Part shown: in pieces, positions 1 to 10,241 of the stretch
How the letters are laid out: each line of letters starts with the position of its first letter
Numbering within the stretch: position 1 is the stretch's first letter
Origin: Planctomycetota bacterium
GTDB lineage: Bacteria; Planctomycetota; UBA8108; SXIK01
Assembly (NCBI GenBank): GCA_965223265.1
Contig: OZ244999.1
Span: 3,648,001 to 3,712,000 of the forward strand
Direction of reading: 5' to 3'
Length of the DNA: 64,000 nt
The notes under the pieces: model-generated
The model's database searches: none
What the model saw: only the letters and a program-made list of their open reading frames with translations
Told to the model about the DNA's origin: nothing
Made by a program: the position numbers and the translations under genes

Positions 1-1
1 A

Positions 2-793
2 GACGTGATCCTGCGCGCCCGCAAAGCCGATATCGTGGATCCGCAGTGTGTGCAGTCCGTCCGCGACGGCTCTGAAGTGTAGGCGCGCGTCTTGCGAGCG
101 CGTGCCGATCGCCTCCGCGACGCTCCGTCCTTCAGGGCCCACGACCTCGATGCGAGCATCGAGTGGCGAGGCGATGAGCCGTGCGGTAACTTCCACCGAG
201 TAGTCACGACCACGCTTACAGGCGAAGCTCCACAGATCGACATCCTCATGCGGGTAGATCCGTCCATTGACAGTGACCGGCAGGTCCACCTCTTGCGGGA
301 GTGGTCGCCCATCGATCTCAGCCTCAACGACCTCCGGGAGGTCCCCAACGATGAACGGCTTCGCGCTCGTAACGCCTTGCGCGTTCCACAGGCGCCAGTA
401 ATACGTGCCAAGCGACACATCCTCGTCGACCTCGGCGTGGCCCGCATAGTCCACGGGGTAGTCCTTCGGGCCGTTGGAGACCGGCCGGGTGACCATCGGC
501 CCCTGAAACCAAACCTCTTCCGCGCGCGTCAGCGTCCGCGGCGCCTTGATGCCGTTCGTTGTCGTCGCACCCACGAGTTCAAAATGAGGCTGGTCATGGA
601 GAAAGAGGCCTCCGATCCGCAGCTCCACGTCGGTGCCGCGCTGCGCGCCGGCAGGAAATATGTAGCTGGCGACCGGATGGTAATAGGGCGCTGCCGCTAA
701 CGGCGACGCGATCAGCATCGCCGTTGCCACGGCGGCGACCGTTCCCCTTGCGCGCGAGGCCGCTCGTCCCTGTTTTCGCTCGCTTGCCGTCAT
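2..793 (-). CDS. PPC (pre-peptidase C-terminal) domain protein of planctomycete DUF1501 clusters; runs off the window edge
   Basis: Not in the ORF track because it has no stop in the window. Manual translation from ATG 793 gives MTASERKQG...a signal-like stretch...SYIFPAGAQRGTDVELRIGG...PVTVNGRIYPHEDVDLWSF...SPLDARIEVVGPEG...DARLHFRAVADG, the typical planctomycete PPC motifs. Lies directly downstream of the DUF1501 gene. Confidence 0.8.
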   Translation of the reverse strand, partial: MTASERKQGRAASRARGTVAAVATAMLIASPLAAAPYYHPVASYIFPAGAQRGTDVELRIGGLFLHDQPHFELVGATTTNGIKAPRTLTRAEEVWFQGPMVTRPVSNGPKDYPVDYAGHAEVDEDVSLGTYYWRLWNAQGVTSAKPFIVGDLPEVVEAEIDGRPLPQEVDLPVTVNGRIYPHEDVDLWSFACKRGRDYSVEVTARLIASPLDARIEVVGPEGRSVAEAIGTRSQDARLHFRAVADGLHTLRIHDIGFAGAQDHV

Positions 794-802
794 CGCCGAT
801 CC

Positions 803-2182
803 CTACAGCATGCCGCTCATGACGGAACCGCCGTCGACGATCTTGAACGGTCGCCCTTCGGCGGAATGGAATTCCTCGTCGGGGTTGATCCCCATGAGGT
901 GATGGATCGTCGCCGCCAGATCCTCCGGGCCGTGCGGCTTGTCAGCCGGTTTCGACGCGGTCGCATCGGTGCGGCCGAGCACACGACCACCTTGGATGCC
1001 GCCGCCGCCCATGGCCACGGTAAACGCCGGCCCCCAGTGGTCGCGACCCGCAGCCGCGTTGATCCGCGGCGTGCGACCAAACTCACCGGTAACGACGACG
1101 AGCGTCGTCTCGAGCATGCCGCGCTCACTGAGATCTCGAAACAGCGACGCCATGGCGCGATCCAGCGCGGGAAGCAGCTCCTCCTTGAGCAGTTTAAAGT
1201 TATCACCGTGCGTGTCCCAATCGGTGTGCTCGATCGTCACGCAGCGCACTCCTGCCTCGACGAGTCGCCGTGCCATGAGGCAGCTCTGACCGAGCGTGTT
1301 GCGTCCATAGTCGTCGCGCAGTTTCGGTGTTTCGAGGTTGATGTCAAACGCCTTGCGCGCCGCAGCCGACGTCATGAGGCTAAACGCTTTGTCGCGGAAG
1401 ACATTGAGCGCGCGAGCGCCGTCGTTCACCTCCGCCTCCGCAGCTTGTTCGAATCGCCCAAGGCGATCGAGGAGCCCCTGACGCGAATCAAGCCGACTCG
1501 CATCGACGCTAAACGGTGGCAGCAAATCTGGCACCGAGAAGTTTGGCGAGTTCGGATCGGCGCCGATGACAAACGGAGCGTACGCGGGGCCGAGATATGC
1601 CGCCCCCGCACTTTTGTGCATACTCGGCAGGCACACAAACGGCGGCACCGTACCGCGTGGGCCTAGCTTCCGCGCGATGATCGATCCATGCGAGGGGCGT
1701 TCGTTGTTTGGCGACAGCTTGGCGTTGAAGGCTGGCGTCGGATGATACCCGGTCAACATGTAGTGGTCCGCGATGCCGTGGTTCGACTGCGGGTGACTGA
1801 ACGAACGGATGAGCGAGAACTTATCCACCTGCTGCGCGACGTTTGGCAGATGCTCGCACACCTGGATGCCATCGACGTTGGTGTTGATCGGGTTGAACTC
1901 GCCGCGGATTTCCCGCGGCGCATCCGGCTTCATGTCAAACGTGTCGATCGTGCTGAGTCCGCCGCGAAGGAAAACGATCACCAGGGAGATGTCGCTCTTC
2001 GACTTTGCGGTGGCCCCCTCAGACGCGGCAGCGGCGCGCGCCAGCTCCTGCCGTTCGAGGATGTACGGCAGCGACAAACCCATGCCGAAGAGCCCGGCGC
2101 TGCCGACGCGCAGTACGTCGCGTCGCCTGAGCCCATCGCAGTGGCGTCGTCCAGGTTGAATTCTCCGAGTCATGCGAGTCAC
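803..2182 (-). CDS. DUF1501 domain-containing protein
   Basis: Tat-like RRDVLRVG, FLRGGLSTIDTFDMKPDAP, LGQSCLMARRLVEAGVR, WDTH, GEFGRTPRIN...GRDHW motifs. Confidence 0.93.
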   Translation of the reverse strand: MTRMTRRIQPGRRHCDGLRRRDVLRVGSAGLFGMGLSLPYILERQELARAAAASEGATAKSKSDISLVIVFLRGGLSTIDTFDMKPDAPREIRGEFNPINTNVDGIQVCEHLPNVAQQVDKFSLIRSFSHPQSNHGIADHYMLTGYHPTPAFNAKLSPNNERPSHGSIIARKLGPRGTVPPFVCLPSMHKSAGAAYLGPAYAPFVIGADPNSPNFSVPDLLPPFSVDASRLDSRQGLLDRLGRFEQAAEAEVNDGARALNVFRDKAFSLMTSAAARKAFDINLETPKLRDDYGRNTLGQSCLMARRLVEAGVRCVTIEHTDWDTHGDNFKLLKEELLPALDRAMASLFRDLSERGMLETTLVVVTGEFGRTPRINAAAGRDHWGPAFTVAMGGGGIQGGRVLGRTDATASKPADKPHGPEDLAATIHHLMGINPDEEFHSAEGRPFKIVDGGSVMSGML

Positions 2183-2211
2183 TCCGTTACGTCCTCAGCT
2201 GTTAGTGATTC

Positions 2212-4722
2212 TTAGTGATTCATAGTGAATTCGAGCGAGTTGAGCAGGCTCCACGCGATGTCGATGGCGCCGTCGACGCGTCCGCCGGACCGATCCGCGC
2301 GCGCATCTCGCAAATAACGTAGCGCTGCATCGCGTTCTCGCGCATTGGGATGGCGACTGACGAACGTCAAATAGATCTCCCTGAGTAGCTGCTCGTCGTC
2401 ATCGACTTCACGTGCCAGTTGCGCCACCCGACCACCTTGGTGGGCCAGCTTGGCGTGAATCTGCGGCGAGTTGAGGAGGTGGAGCACCTGCGCGACACTC
2501 GGCTCGTTGGCGCGTTCGCATTCGCAGGCGGTCTTGCGCACCGGCCGCCCGAACAGCCCGAGGAAGTAGTGCTTCACTCCGCTATCCCATAGCTCGATGG
2601 CTCGCTGTCCCGCCGGCGTGCCCGCGAACTTTTCGTCGATGCCGGTGGCGTGCGAGATCGCATCGAGAAGCACCTCCGCCTCAAGCGGCTTGAGGAGCGC
2701 GCGCGAATAGTTCTGCGAGTCGCGACGGTTCGTCGCATTGGGGGACGTCGAGCGCTGATAGGTGCGCGAAGCAGTGATGGCTCGTATCAGAGCCTTCAAA
2801 TCGAAGCCGCTTGCCGTCAGTTGCGCGGCGAGACTATCCAAAAGCTCGCGATTGCTCGGGGGATTCGTCGCCCGCACATCGTCGACAGGGTCGACGATCC
2901 CGCGCCCCATGAAATGGGCCCAAACACGATTCGCCAGGTTGCGCGCAAACCACTCGTTGTCGGCGGAGGTTAACCACTCGGCGAGCACAAGGCGACGATC
3001 GCCGGATACAGGACGCTCTGGTTCGCGCGTCCCAAGCGCGTGGGCGTAGACCACCTTGCCGGTGCGCGGGTGGAACGTCTCAGCGCTGCCGTCTGCCAAA
3101 AGCGCCTCGCCGCCGTCCGGAGTCTTCTTCGTCTGGAGCGCAGCGAAGAAGTCGCTCATGCCATAGTAGTCGTTCTGGCTCCAACGATCCGACGGATGAT
3201 GGTGACACTGAGCGCACTCGATGCGAACGCCGAGGAACACTTGCGAGACGGTGCTCGCTCGGGCTCCCGGCTCTTTGACGACACGAAAAAGGCCTCCTTG
3301 CGGGGCGCTCTCCTCGGGACCTTCCGCAGTGAGGATTTCGCTGACGAAGCGGTCCATGGGTTTGTTCTGCGCGAAACTCGCCCGAATCCAGCGGTAGTAG
3401 GCGTACGCGCCTCGATAGCCGAGGACGGCCCGGTCCACTCGCAGGAGATCCGACCATTTGAGAGCCCAATACGCGGCGTACTCTGGGCGCTCGAGAAGAC
3501 GATCGACGAGAAGGGCGCGGCGGTCAGGCCGTGCGTCAGCAAGAAAGCTTCGTGTCTCCTCCGGCGTCGGAAGCGTCCCGATGATGTCGATGTGAGCGCG
3601 GCGAAGAAAATCGCTATCCGCGCAGAGACCCGAGGGGACGATATTCAACTTTTTGAGCTTCGCGTGCACAAAGCCATCGATGAAGTTGTTGTCGACGAAA
3701 TTTGCTGCCGCCAAGTCGGCATGGGCGTCTAACGGCTCGCTACGAGGGATCAAGGGCTCGAAGAGGCCGACGTGTCCCATATAGTTCGCCATGATCGCAG
3801 CCTGGCCGGGCACCTGAGCGACGGAGACCAGGCCGTGCTCGTTGACGCTTGCGACGCCATCATTGTTGGACTGATAGCGCGCGGACGAGGTCACATCGAT
3901 CGAGCGACCGTTCGACAGGTGCGCAATGACTCGCAGCTGCTGTGTGGAGCCCATCTCCAGGCGCCGCTGACGCGGCAGGACCTCGATGCGCGTTGAGGAC
4001 GGCGCGTCGGCCGCGCCGCGCGGCAGGCCGGCCTCTATCCAGCCGCGAAGCACTTCGTATGGCCACGATGCAGCATCGAAACGTTCTCCACCGCCGTGGG
4101 GCATACCGCCCGCCGCCTTGAGGAGCAGCAAGCTGCGCTGCGGCGCGGCCACCGACACGCGCCGTCCACGCGCTTCGTGGGCGAGCGCCTCGTAGTCAGC
4201 TTCCACGTTGAAGCCGAAAACCGATAGCTTGAAACCGTTTTGGCCCTCGGCTTTGCCGTGGCAGCCCGAGCCGTTGCATCCGAAGCGCGTCAGAATGGGA
4301 AGGATGTCGTGCTCGAAGTGAAACTGTCGCGGCGTCTCGAACTCCTCCACAGTCACGTCGACCACGAAACGTTTGCCGTGGAGCTCGACCGCGACCTGAC
4401 CGGTACCCGTCGAGGTGCCGCGGACGACGCCAAGCTCATCGACCCGGACAACGTTCGGGGTCAGCGAGGAGTATGCCGCATCGAAGGTGAGATCGACGTC
4501 GTTACCTCGCGGCGTGCGGCCGTGGACCAGTAGGCCATGAGACTCGTGCGCGCCGCGTAGGGCGATGCGCTGCGGTTCGACGCTGACAACCTCCACCTCA
4601 GTTGCGACGACGACGGAAGACGACAGACACACGCCAACCAGGTACGCCAGAAGGGCGCAGCGCTTTCCGAGCGCTGAGGCGTGCAAAAAAGTCATGAAAG
4701 GGGTCATCAAAGGCGTGTCCAC
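2212..4722 (-). CDS. DUF1549/DUF1553 domain protein with Ig-like (Big_2) repeats
   Basis: GCNGSGCHGKAEGQNGFKLS, FLRRAHIDIIGTLPT, ECAQCHHHP, NRVWAHFMGRGIVDPVDD, CECER motifs; start codon uncertain. Confidence 0.92.
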   Translation of the reverse strand: MDTPLMTPFMTFLHASALGKRCALLAYLVGVCLSSSVVVATEVEVVSVEPQRIALRGAHESHGLLVHGRTPRGNDVDLTFDAAYSSLTPNVVRVDELGVVRGTSTGTGQVAVELHGKRFVVDVTVEEFETPRQFHFEHDILPILTRFGCNGSGCHGKAEGQNGFKLSVFGFNVEADYEALAHEARGRRVSVAAPQRSLLLLKAAGGMPHGGGERFDAASWPYEVLRGWIEAGLPRGAADAPSSTRIEVLPRQRRLEMGSTQQLRVIAHLSNGRSIDVTSSARYQSNNDGVASVNEHGLVSVAQVPGQAAIMANYMGHVGLFEPLIPRSEPLDAHADLAAANFVDNNFIDGFVHAKLKKLNIVPSGLCADSDFLRRAHIDIIGTLPTPEETRSFLADARPDRRALLVDRLLERPEYAAYWALKWSDLLRVDRAVLGYRGAYAYYRWIRASFAQNKPMDRFVSEILTAEGPEESAPQGGLFRVVKEPGARASTVSQVFLGVRIECAQCHHHPSDRWSQNDYYGMSDFFAALQTKKTPDGGEALLADGSAETFHPRTGKVVYAHALGTREPERPVSGDRRLVLAEWLTSADNEWFARNLANRVWAHFMGRGIVDPVDDVRATNPPSNRELLDSLAAQLTASGFDLKALIRAITASRTYQRSTSPNATNRRDSQNYSRALLKPLEAEVLLDAISHATGIDEKFAGTPAGQRAIELWDSGVKHYFLGLFGRPVRKTACECERANEPSVAQVLHLLNSPQIHAKLAHQGGRVAQLAREVDDDEQLLREIYLTFVSRHPNARERDAALRYLRDARADRSGGRVDGAIDIAWSLLNSLEFTMNH

Positions 4723-5181
4723 GCGTCCCCGCGCTCCTTACAAGAACGTATTCCTTCAGTCATGTGGGCGCGGCGTGGCTGAGAACCAAACCTCGTGCGC
4801 CTTCGCGTGCACGGCGCTGGACTCGCTCGCAGCCTGCCTCAGGCGCGCTTCCTCGACCGCGTAGGCCCCTTGATAATAGACTTAACTCTTGCCTATTTCA
4901 AGTGTTAGATGGTCTCCACGGGCGACAGCGACCGCCAGACGCGCAGGAGTCGTCGAAGACGTCCGCCTGGGCGCCCTCTGGGGCACGACCGCATGCGCCG
5001 ATCAACGCCCTCGCGACACTCGGGTCGAGCCAATTCGGCGTCGAGTTGCTGCGGTCAATTGGGAGCCTTTCCTCCTCGGGTAGTTGTCGCAAACCGCAGC
5101 GGGAGGTGCATGCTTCAATAACGCAAGAACACCGTCTCATGAGTCAGCTTCCGAATCGCGCTGGATAGAGGGGAAAGCAAT

Positions 5182-5736
5182 ATGAGTCGATCCAGACAGA
5201 AGACGATTGCCGCGGCGATTGCGCTCGCCGGAATCGCCACGCTCTTCGTCACCGGGCTCTTCTTCCGTAGCTCCCTGCGTGAGTGGTACGACGTGTGGCG
5301 ATTCCCGTGGGGGAAGCCGGTCGACGGCATCCAGGTGCGCCTGCAGCCGCACCGGCTCGTCTGGAACAGCGGTGAAGATCCGACCTTCACACTGCAGCTG
5401 AGGAACACAGGGACGAGAAGGCTCGCCATATATTCTCTTGCGTCGCTCGTTTTAGAGCTCGACGACGAGATCTTCGGCCCGAAGGTCTGGTTTAGATCCG
5501 GCTTCATCAAGCTTCAACCTTTCGAGACGGGTAACGCATACGATTTCCACATCGCAGTCGGGCAGTTTGGAGGAGGCGAGCAACTGGCCTCCGGAAAGCA
5601 CTCCGTCCGCGTCGCTCTACTGGACAACGCCTCTGCGGACAACTTGGGATTCTCCACCACCCTCGCCAACTATCCGGACACCGCGCTCGCGTTCAGTCGC
5701 ACCGTCACGATCCAGGTCGTCGCCACGAAGCAGTGA
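5182..5736 (+). CDS. hypothetical membrane-anchored protein
   Basis: N-terminal TM helix, then a WGKPVDGIQVRL motif and a beta-rich domain; GAGGGG RBS upstream. Confidence 0.7.
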   Translation: MSRSRQKTIAAAIALAGIATLFVTGLFFRSSLREWYDVWRFPWGKPVDGIQVRLQPHRLVWNSGEDPTFTLQLRNTGTRRLAIYSLASLVLELDDEIFGPKVWFRSGFIKLQPFETGNAYDFHIAVGQFGGGEQLASGKHSVRVALLDNASADNLGFSTTLANYPDTALAFSRTVTIQVVATKQ

Positions 5737-5867
5737 GCCGAAGAGAACACCCGCAAGACGGGCAGCGTCGACTTCCCGGAGTGGGATGATGAGTGAAAGG
5801 TGTGGAGTGCGATGAGATCGGGTCGAAGTCGTGTCGACGGAAGTGCCGCCTCGTCGCGACGCCTGAC

Positions 5868-7052
5868 TCACACGTCGATCGCTGAAGAACGATAGAGCAC
5901 TCGCCCGCCGACCTGGATCTCAACATCGACGAGGTAGCGCTGAATCGCCTGCGGGTCGAGGTCGATCCCGAGGCCCGGCCGGGGTGGGACCTCGATGAGA
6001 CCGTCGCCGCGGCGCTCGAGTCGGTTCGTAGAGAGATCGACGGCGAGCTGCGTCGTCGCCACGGGATACTCGCAGAGCGAGTGCCGCTCGAGCCCGGCGA
6101 ACGGCTGCAGCGACGCGCTCAGCGCCAGCTGCGTCGTGAAGGTGTGATTGACAAACGTTTTGCCGGCGCCGTCTGTGATGCGAGCGACTTCGGTCGCCGA
6201 CGTGATGCCGCCGATGCGACCGGCGTCGATCTGCACGAACGCGATTCCGCCATGATCGATCATGGCGCGCGCCATTCCCGGCGTATGGCAGCCTTCCGCG
6301 CCCGCCAGCGGCACACGAGGAGTCATGTCGGCGAGACGACGATATGATGAGAGCGCGTCCGTCACGAACGGCTCCTCAAGCCAAGTCACCGCTGCGGCCT
6401 CGAGCAATGGCAGCCGCGCAGCGGCGCCGTCGACGTCCTCCTCGCCCCAAACCGTTCCTGCGTCGACCATGAGATCGGCGTCGCGGCCGAGCCCCTCACG
6501 TGCGGCGTTGACCTGATCGGCGTCGGCCGCCACGTCACCGTGCCCGAACGGGCCCCAGCCGAACTTCGCCGCGCTGTAGCCCGCCGCTCGGATGCCTCGC
6601 GCCGTCTCGAGCGTCGCCTGCGCGTCGGATCCGAAGAGTACCGATGCGTACGGCCGCTTGGCAAACGCGCGGCGAACGCCAAGAAGTTCATAGACGGGTG
6701 TCTGGAGTCGTTTGCCCAGAAGGTCCCACAGCGCGATGTCGATGCCGGAAAGCGTGTGATCGGTCTGCAGCAGATCGAGACTCTTTCGGCGCACGAGTGC
6801 GTGGATGCGCGCGATGTCGCGGACCTCCTCGAGACGCTGTCCGAGCACCGAGTCGATGATCGGACGACAGGCGGAGTGCGACATAGGCGCCACCCAACTG
6901 GCGAGCGAGACGAGCGGAGCCGCCTCACACTCACCCCAGCCCTCGGTGGAGCCCGAGCGTATACGCACCAGTAACGCGTCTTGGCTGCCGTCGGCGATGT
7001 CGAGGACTTCGGGCATGCGAACGTAAAAGAAATCGACTGCGTCAATCTTCAT
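5868..7052 (-). CDS. mandelate racemase/muconate lactonizing enzyme family (enolase superfamily) protein
   Basis: GWGE, SGIDIALWDLLGK, KFGWGPFG, LMVDAG, WLEEP, QIDAGRIGGIT. Start moved to MKIDAVDF (7052), which overlaps the MFS stop as ATGA. Confidence 0.9.
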   Translation of the reverse strand: MKIDAVDFFYVRMPEVLDIADGSQDALLVRIRSGSTEGWGECEAAPLVSLASWVAPMSHSACRPIIDSVLGQRLEEVRDIARIHALVRRKSLDLLQTDHTLSGIDIALWDLLGKRLQTPVYELLGVRRAFAKRPYASVLFGSDAQATLETARGIRAAGYSAAKFGWGPFGHGDVAADADQVNAAREGLGRDADLMVDAGTVWGEEDVDGAAARLPLLEAAAVTWLEEPFVTDALSSYRRLADMTPRVPLAGAEGCHTPGMARAMIDHGGIAFVQIDAGRIGGITSATEVARITDGAGKTFVNHTFTTQLALSASLQPFAGLERHSLCEYPVATTQLAVDLSTNRLERRGDGLIEVPPRPGLGIDLDPQAIQRYLVDVEIQVGGRVLYRSSAIDV

Positions 7053-8371
7053 GTTGGGTCCTTCGATCCATCGACAGAGCCAGCGCGGCGGAAAAGAAAC
7101 AAGACGGAAAACGCCGCCAACGCCGCCAACGCCGTAAACGCCGCGGCCCAAGAAAACACGGCAGCGACACCGGATTCCCTCTCGATGTGGCCCGCCAAAA
7201 GAGTCCCGAGCCCACCGACCCCAAAGGCGAGAATGAACTTGGCGCCAAAGAGCACGCCACGTGAACGCGCCGGCGAGTAGCGCGCCAAAAGCACGTTTTC
7301 GATCGGTTGGGCCGCGAAGACAAAGATCGCCATCGCCGCCGCGAGCGCCACGAGCGACCAGCCACTCGCAAACGCCAACGACAAGACGAGCACCGCGGCC
7401 GCCATGAGCACGAAGAGATAAGGCGACCGCGCGTCGCGGTTGCGCACGATAGCGCCGCCGAAGAGTTGCCCGGCGCCGCCGATGGCGTAGACGAAGCTCG
7501 CGAGCAGCGCGCCATCGAACTCACTCGTGAGACGGGTGTGAACCGAAGCAGGAATCAGAGAGCCGATCCAGCCGTGGACCCGATCGGGAAGCTGCTCGCC
7601 GAGATGCGTTGGCAGCATCGTCGTGATCAGGTGAAAGTAGAAGCCACCACACGTCATGGCAACCAGAAGCGCGGCGATGAACACTTTCCAGCTGCCACCA
7701 ACATCTGTCGCCACTACGCGAACGGGTCGACGATGTGCATCGGTCGCTTCGGAGTTTCGCGCATCTCTGGTGGCTTCTTTCGCCGCGCTCGTGCCGTCTT
7801 CAATCTGCAGCGACGAACGCAGAAGCAGGATACCCAGGAGCGCAGTTGGTAGCGCGAGGGCAACATACGCGGTCCGCCAACCAAACGCCAACGCCACCGA
7901 CGCTGCCACGAGTGGGGCGGCGGCAGTGCCAACGTTACCCCAGAGCCCATTGACACCCATGGCGCGGCCGGCGTCTGGAATCCCCTTCGAGATCATCGCG
8001 TTGCCCACGGGGTGGAAAATGCTGCAGCCCGCACCGAGGACGATCATGCCGACCGCCAGGGCTACTTTACCGTGAGCCAGTCCAACGAGTATGCCGCCGC
8101 CTGCCGTGATCAAGAAGAACGCCACGAGCATGGCTTTCTCGCCATAGCGGTCGCTCAGCCAACCAGCCGGCAGAGCCCCCAAGCCGAACAGCACGTTGCT
8201 GAGAGAGACGTAGACCGTCAGCTCGCGCAGATCGACTCCAAAACTTTCCTGCATGGGGCGGAGCATGGCCGCGTAGAGCAGCATGTAAAGGTGCGTGACC
8301 GCGTGCGCCGCGCAGGTGAAGAACAGGATCCGCCGCGGTGAGGCGGATGGCGAATTCGACACGCCTTTCAA
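7049..8371 (-). CDS. MFS transporter
   Basis: About 12 hydrophobic segments, GWLSDRYGEK motif A, central loop; translationally coupled to the enolase-family gene. Confidence 0.9.
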   Translation of the reverse strand: MKGVSNSPSASPRRILFFTCAAHAVTHLYMLLYAAMLRPMQESFGVDLRELTVYVSLSNVLFGLGALPAGWLSDRYGEKAMLVAFFLITAGGGILVGLAHGKVALAVGMIVLGAGCSIFHPVGNAMISKGIPDAGRAMGVNGLWGNVGTAAAPLVAASVALAFGWRTAYVALALPTALLGILLLRSSLQIEDGTSAAKEATRDARNSEATDAHRRPVRVVATDVGGSWKVFIAALLVAMTCGGFYFHLITTMLPTHLGEQLPDRVHGWIGSLIPASVHTRLTSEFDGALLASFVYAIGGAGQLFGGAIVRNRDARSPYLFVLMAAAVLVLSLAFASGWSLVALAAAMAIFVFAAQPIENVLLARYSPARSRGVLFGAKFILAFGVGGLGTLLAGHIERESGVAAVFSWAAAFTALAALAAFSVLFLFRRAGSVDGSKDPT

Positions 8372-8949
8372 CTCGGCCCCTCGGCTGCTTCCCCGACGGG
8401 TGGCCGCCAGTCACGTAGCCACTGAACACCGAGCGGCCGGAGGATTCGCGACTCGAGCTCGGCGAAACACGCCTTGGATCGACGGGCAGTATGGCACGGC
8501 CGGCGCCGGATGCCGCGGCGCGAACGGGACCGGCGGGGATTCGTCGGGCTCCGCTCTGTCTTATGTTTTTGGGAACCGAGCACTATGAGAAAGCCTCCCA
8601 AAGAGGTCTTCAATCGAATCCAAGGTCGCGATCAAGCGACGTGGCGACCGCTGAGGCTTGGCTCACCGCCAGCGCGGCATTGCGGGCGACCCACGCAGGA
8701 GCGGAAACCAGCCTTTTCTCGCTGGGTGCGGACGGTGAAAGTTCGCTATCATAGGGGGTTGCTTCGGGCTGTCGCAAGGCCGTGCAAGCGAACGTTGCGC
8801 GCGCCTGCGGCCCGGGACTTACGGGCGGAACAGGCGACCAAGGGACATCGCCTGACTCGAAGACCGATCCGTCGAAAGACCGATCAGACGGCACTGACGG
8901 GATCGTGTCCACGTCCGATCTCCGGGGACTGCAGCGACGGCCGACACGG

Positions 8950-9079
8950 CAGCCCGTTGCGAGAGTCATTCAGCCGAGAACCCTGGCCTCTTCATGCCCG
9001 GCTCGGTCACGTTTGCGACGACCGTTCTGGCTGCGAACAGATTCTCGGGCTCGAAGTACTCTTTTCAACAGACGGGTTA
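8950..9079 (-). repeat. degenerate copy of the palindromic MITE-like element (reverse orientation)
   Basis: cagcccgttgcgagagtcattcagccgagaaccctggcctcttcatgccc...gctcgaagtactcttttcaacag aligns to the reverse complement of 62569-62739; an extra TIR-like end gtttttcgacaggctgt lies at 9113-9129. Confidence 0.7.
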
Positions 9080-9153
9080 GGCGTCGATGAACCCCGGTGC
9101 TTGCACCTAGAAGTTTTTCGACAGGCTGTCGTGAGCAAAAGAGCGGTCGTTCA

Positions 9154-10176
9154 ATGATGGAATCGGCCTTGACGTCTCCACAGATCGATCGGAACGAACC
9201 GGGACGTGAACAACGCCCTTGGCAGTGGTGGGTCGGCATCGCGCTGACGGTCGCCGGCCTCGGCTTGGCCGGCGCGAGCGTGCTTGGTTTCATCTTCGCG
9301 CGTGCGTGGCCATTCGAGCTCATGACGCATTTCCGTCTGCAGTATACCGTTGGCCTCGGACTCGTGGCCGCGGCGCTGTTCGCGCTGCGCTCCTCGCAGC
9401 GGGCGCGCCTTTTTGCCGGCGTCGCGATCATCAACGGTCTCTTTGTCGTTCCCCTCTTCGTCCGTGAACCGGCAAGTCCCTTCGTGTCATCGACGCATCT
9501 ACGCCTCGCCACCTTGAACGTCAAGCGGACGAACACCGAGTATGACCGCGTCCTCGAATTCCTGCGCCGCGAGCAACCCACCGTGGTGATGCTGCAAGAA
9601 GTGAACCAAGCTTGGTTCGAGAATCTTTCGTCTCTTCGGGACGTCTTTCCGCATATCCACGCGCGCCCGCGTGAGGACAACTTCGGCATCGGCGTGCTCA
9701 GCCAAATCCCAGTGGATGTCGACTTCGAAAAAATCGGCAAAGCTGGCCTGCCGTCGGTTGTCGCCCGCGTTACGCTCGGCGAACAAGTAGTCATCATCGT
9801 CGGGACGCACCCGACGCCGCCCGTCAATCGACTGGCCTTCGAGCTGAGAAACGATCAGTTGGCAGCGCTCGGCGAATTCACCAAAAAACGCTCGGCGCCG
9901 CTCGTTTTGATCGGCGACCTCAACACCACACAGTGGTCACCGTACTTCACCGATCTTCTCGCCGAGTCAGGCCTGCGACACGGCGGGCGCGGCCAAGGCC
10001 TGCAGGCAACGTGGCCGGGGTTGCCGCTGCCCTTTCGGATCCCGCTCGATCATGTCTTGCATTCCGCGGAGTTCGAGGTGGTCGCGCACGAAGTCGCAGC
10101 CACTGTGGGTTCGGATCACCTGCCGGTGCTCGTCGACGTCGCGTTTCAACCGCCCGAGGGCGACGAAATCGAGTGA
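9154..10176 (+). CDS. endonuclease/exonuclease/phosphatase (EEP) family membrane protein
   Basis: Three N-terminal TM helices, then LRLATLNV, LQEV, IGDLNT, PLDHVL, GSDHLPV motifs. Confidence 0.9.
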   Translation: MMESALTSPQIDRNEPGREQRPWQWWVGIALTVAGLGLAGASVLGFIFARAWPFELMTHFRLQYTVGLGLVAAALFALRSSQRARLFAGVAIINGLFVVPLFVREPASPFVSSTHLRLATLNVKRTNTEYDRVLEFLRREQPTVVMLQEVNQAWFENLSSLRDVFPHIHARPREDNFGIGVLSQIPVDVDFEKIGKAGLPSVVARVTLGEQVVIIVGTHPTPPVNRLAFELRNDQLAALGEFTKKRSAPLVLIGDLNTTQWSPYFTDLLAESGLRHGGRGQGLQATWPGLPLPFRIPLDHVLHSAEFEVVAHEVAATVGSDHLPVLVDVAFQPPEGDEIE

Positions 10177-10241
10177 TCGATCTTGATCGACCGGAAACTC
10201 GCCGGTCGTTCGAATGTCAGTTGACCTTGCGACACCGCCAG

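Noticed and set aside
92-700. 202-aa plus-strand ORF, and a CTHC zinc-finger-like motif near position 50 on the minus strand
   Set aside because: Both are shadows of the minus-strand PPC gene; the CTHC reading is in a different frame from the motif-rich PPC frame.
8372-8949. Possible gene or structured RNA in the long MFS-EEP spacer
   Set aside because: The ORFs are Arg/Pro-rich without motifs, and I could not define a convincing fold or riboswitch consensus; only the MITE remnant further right is supported.
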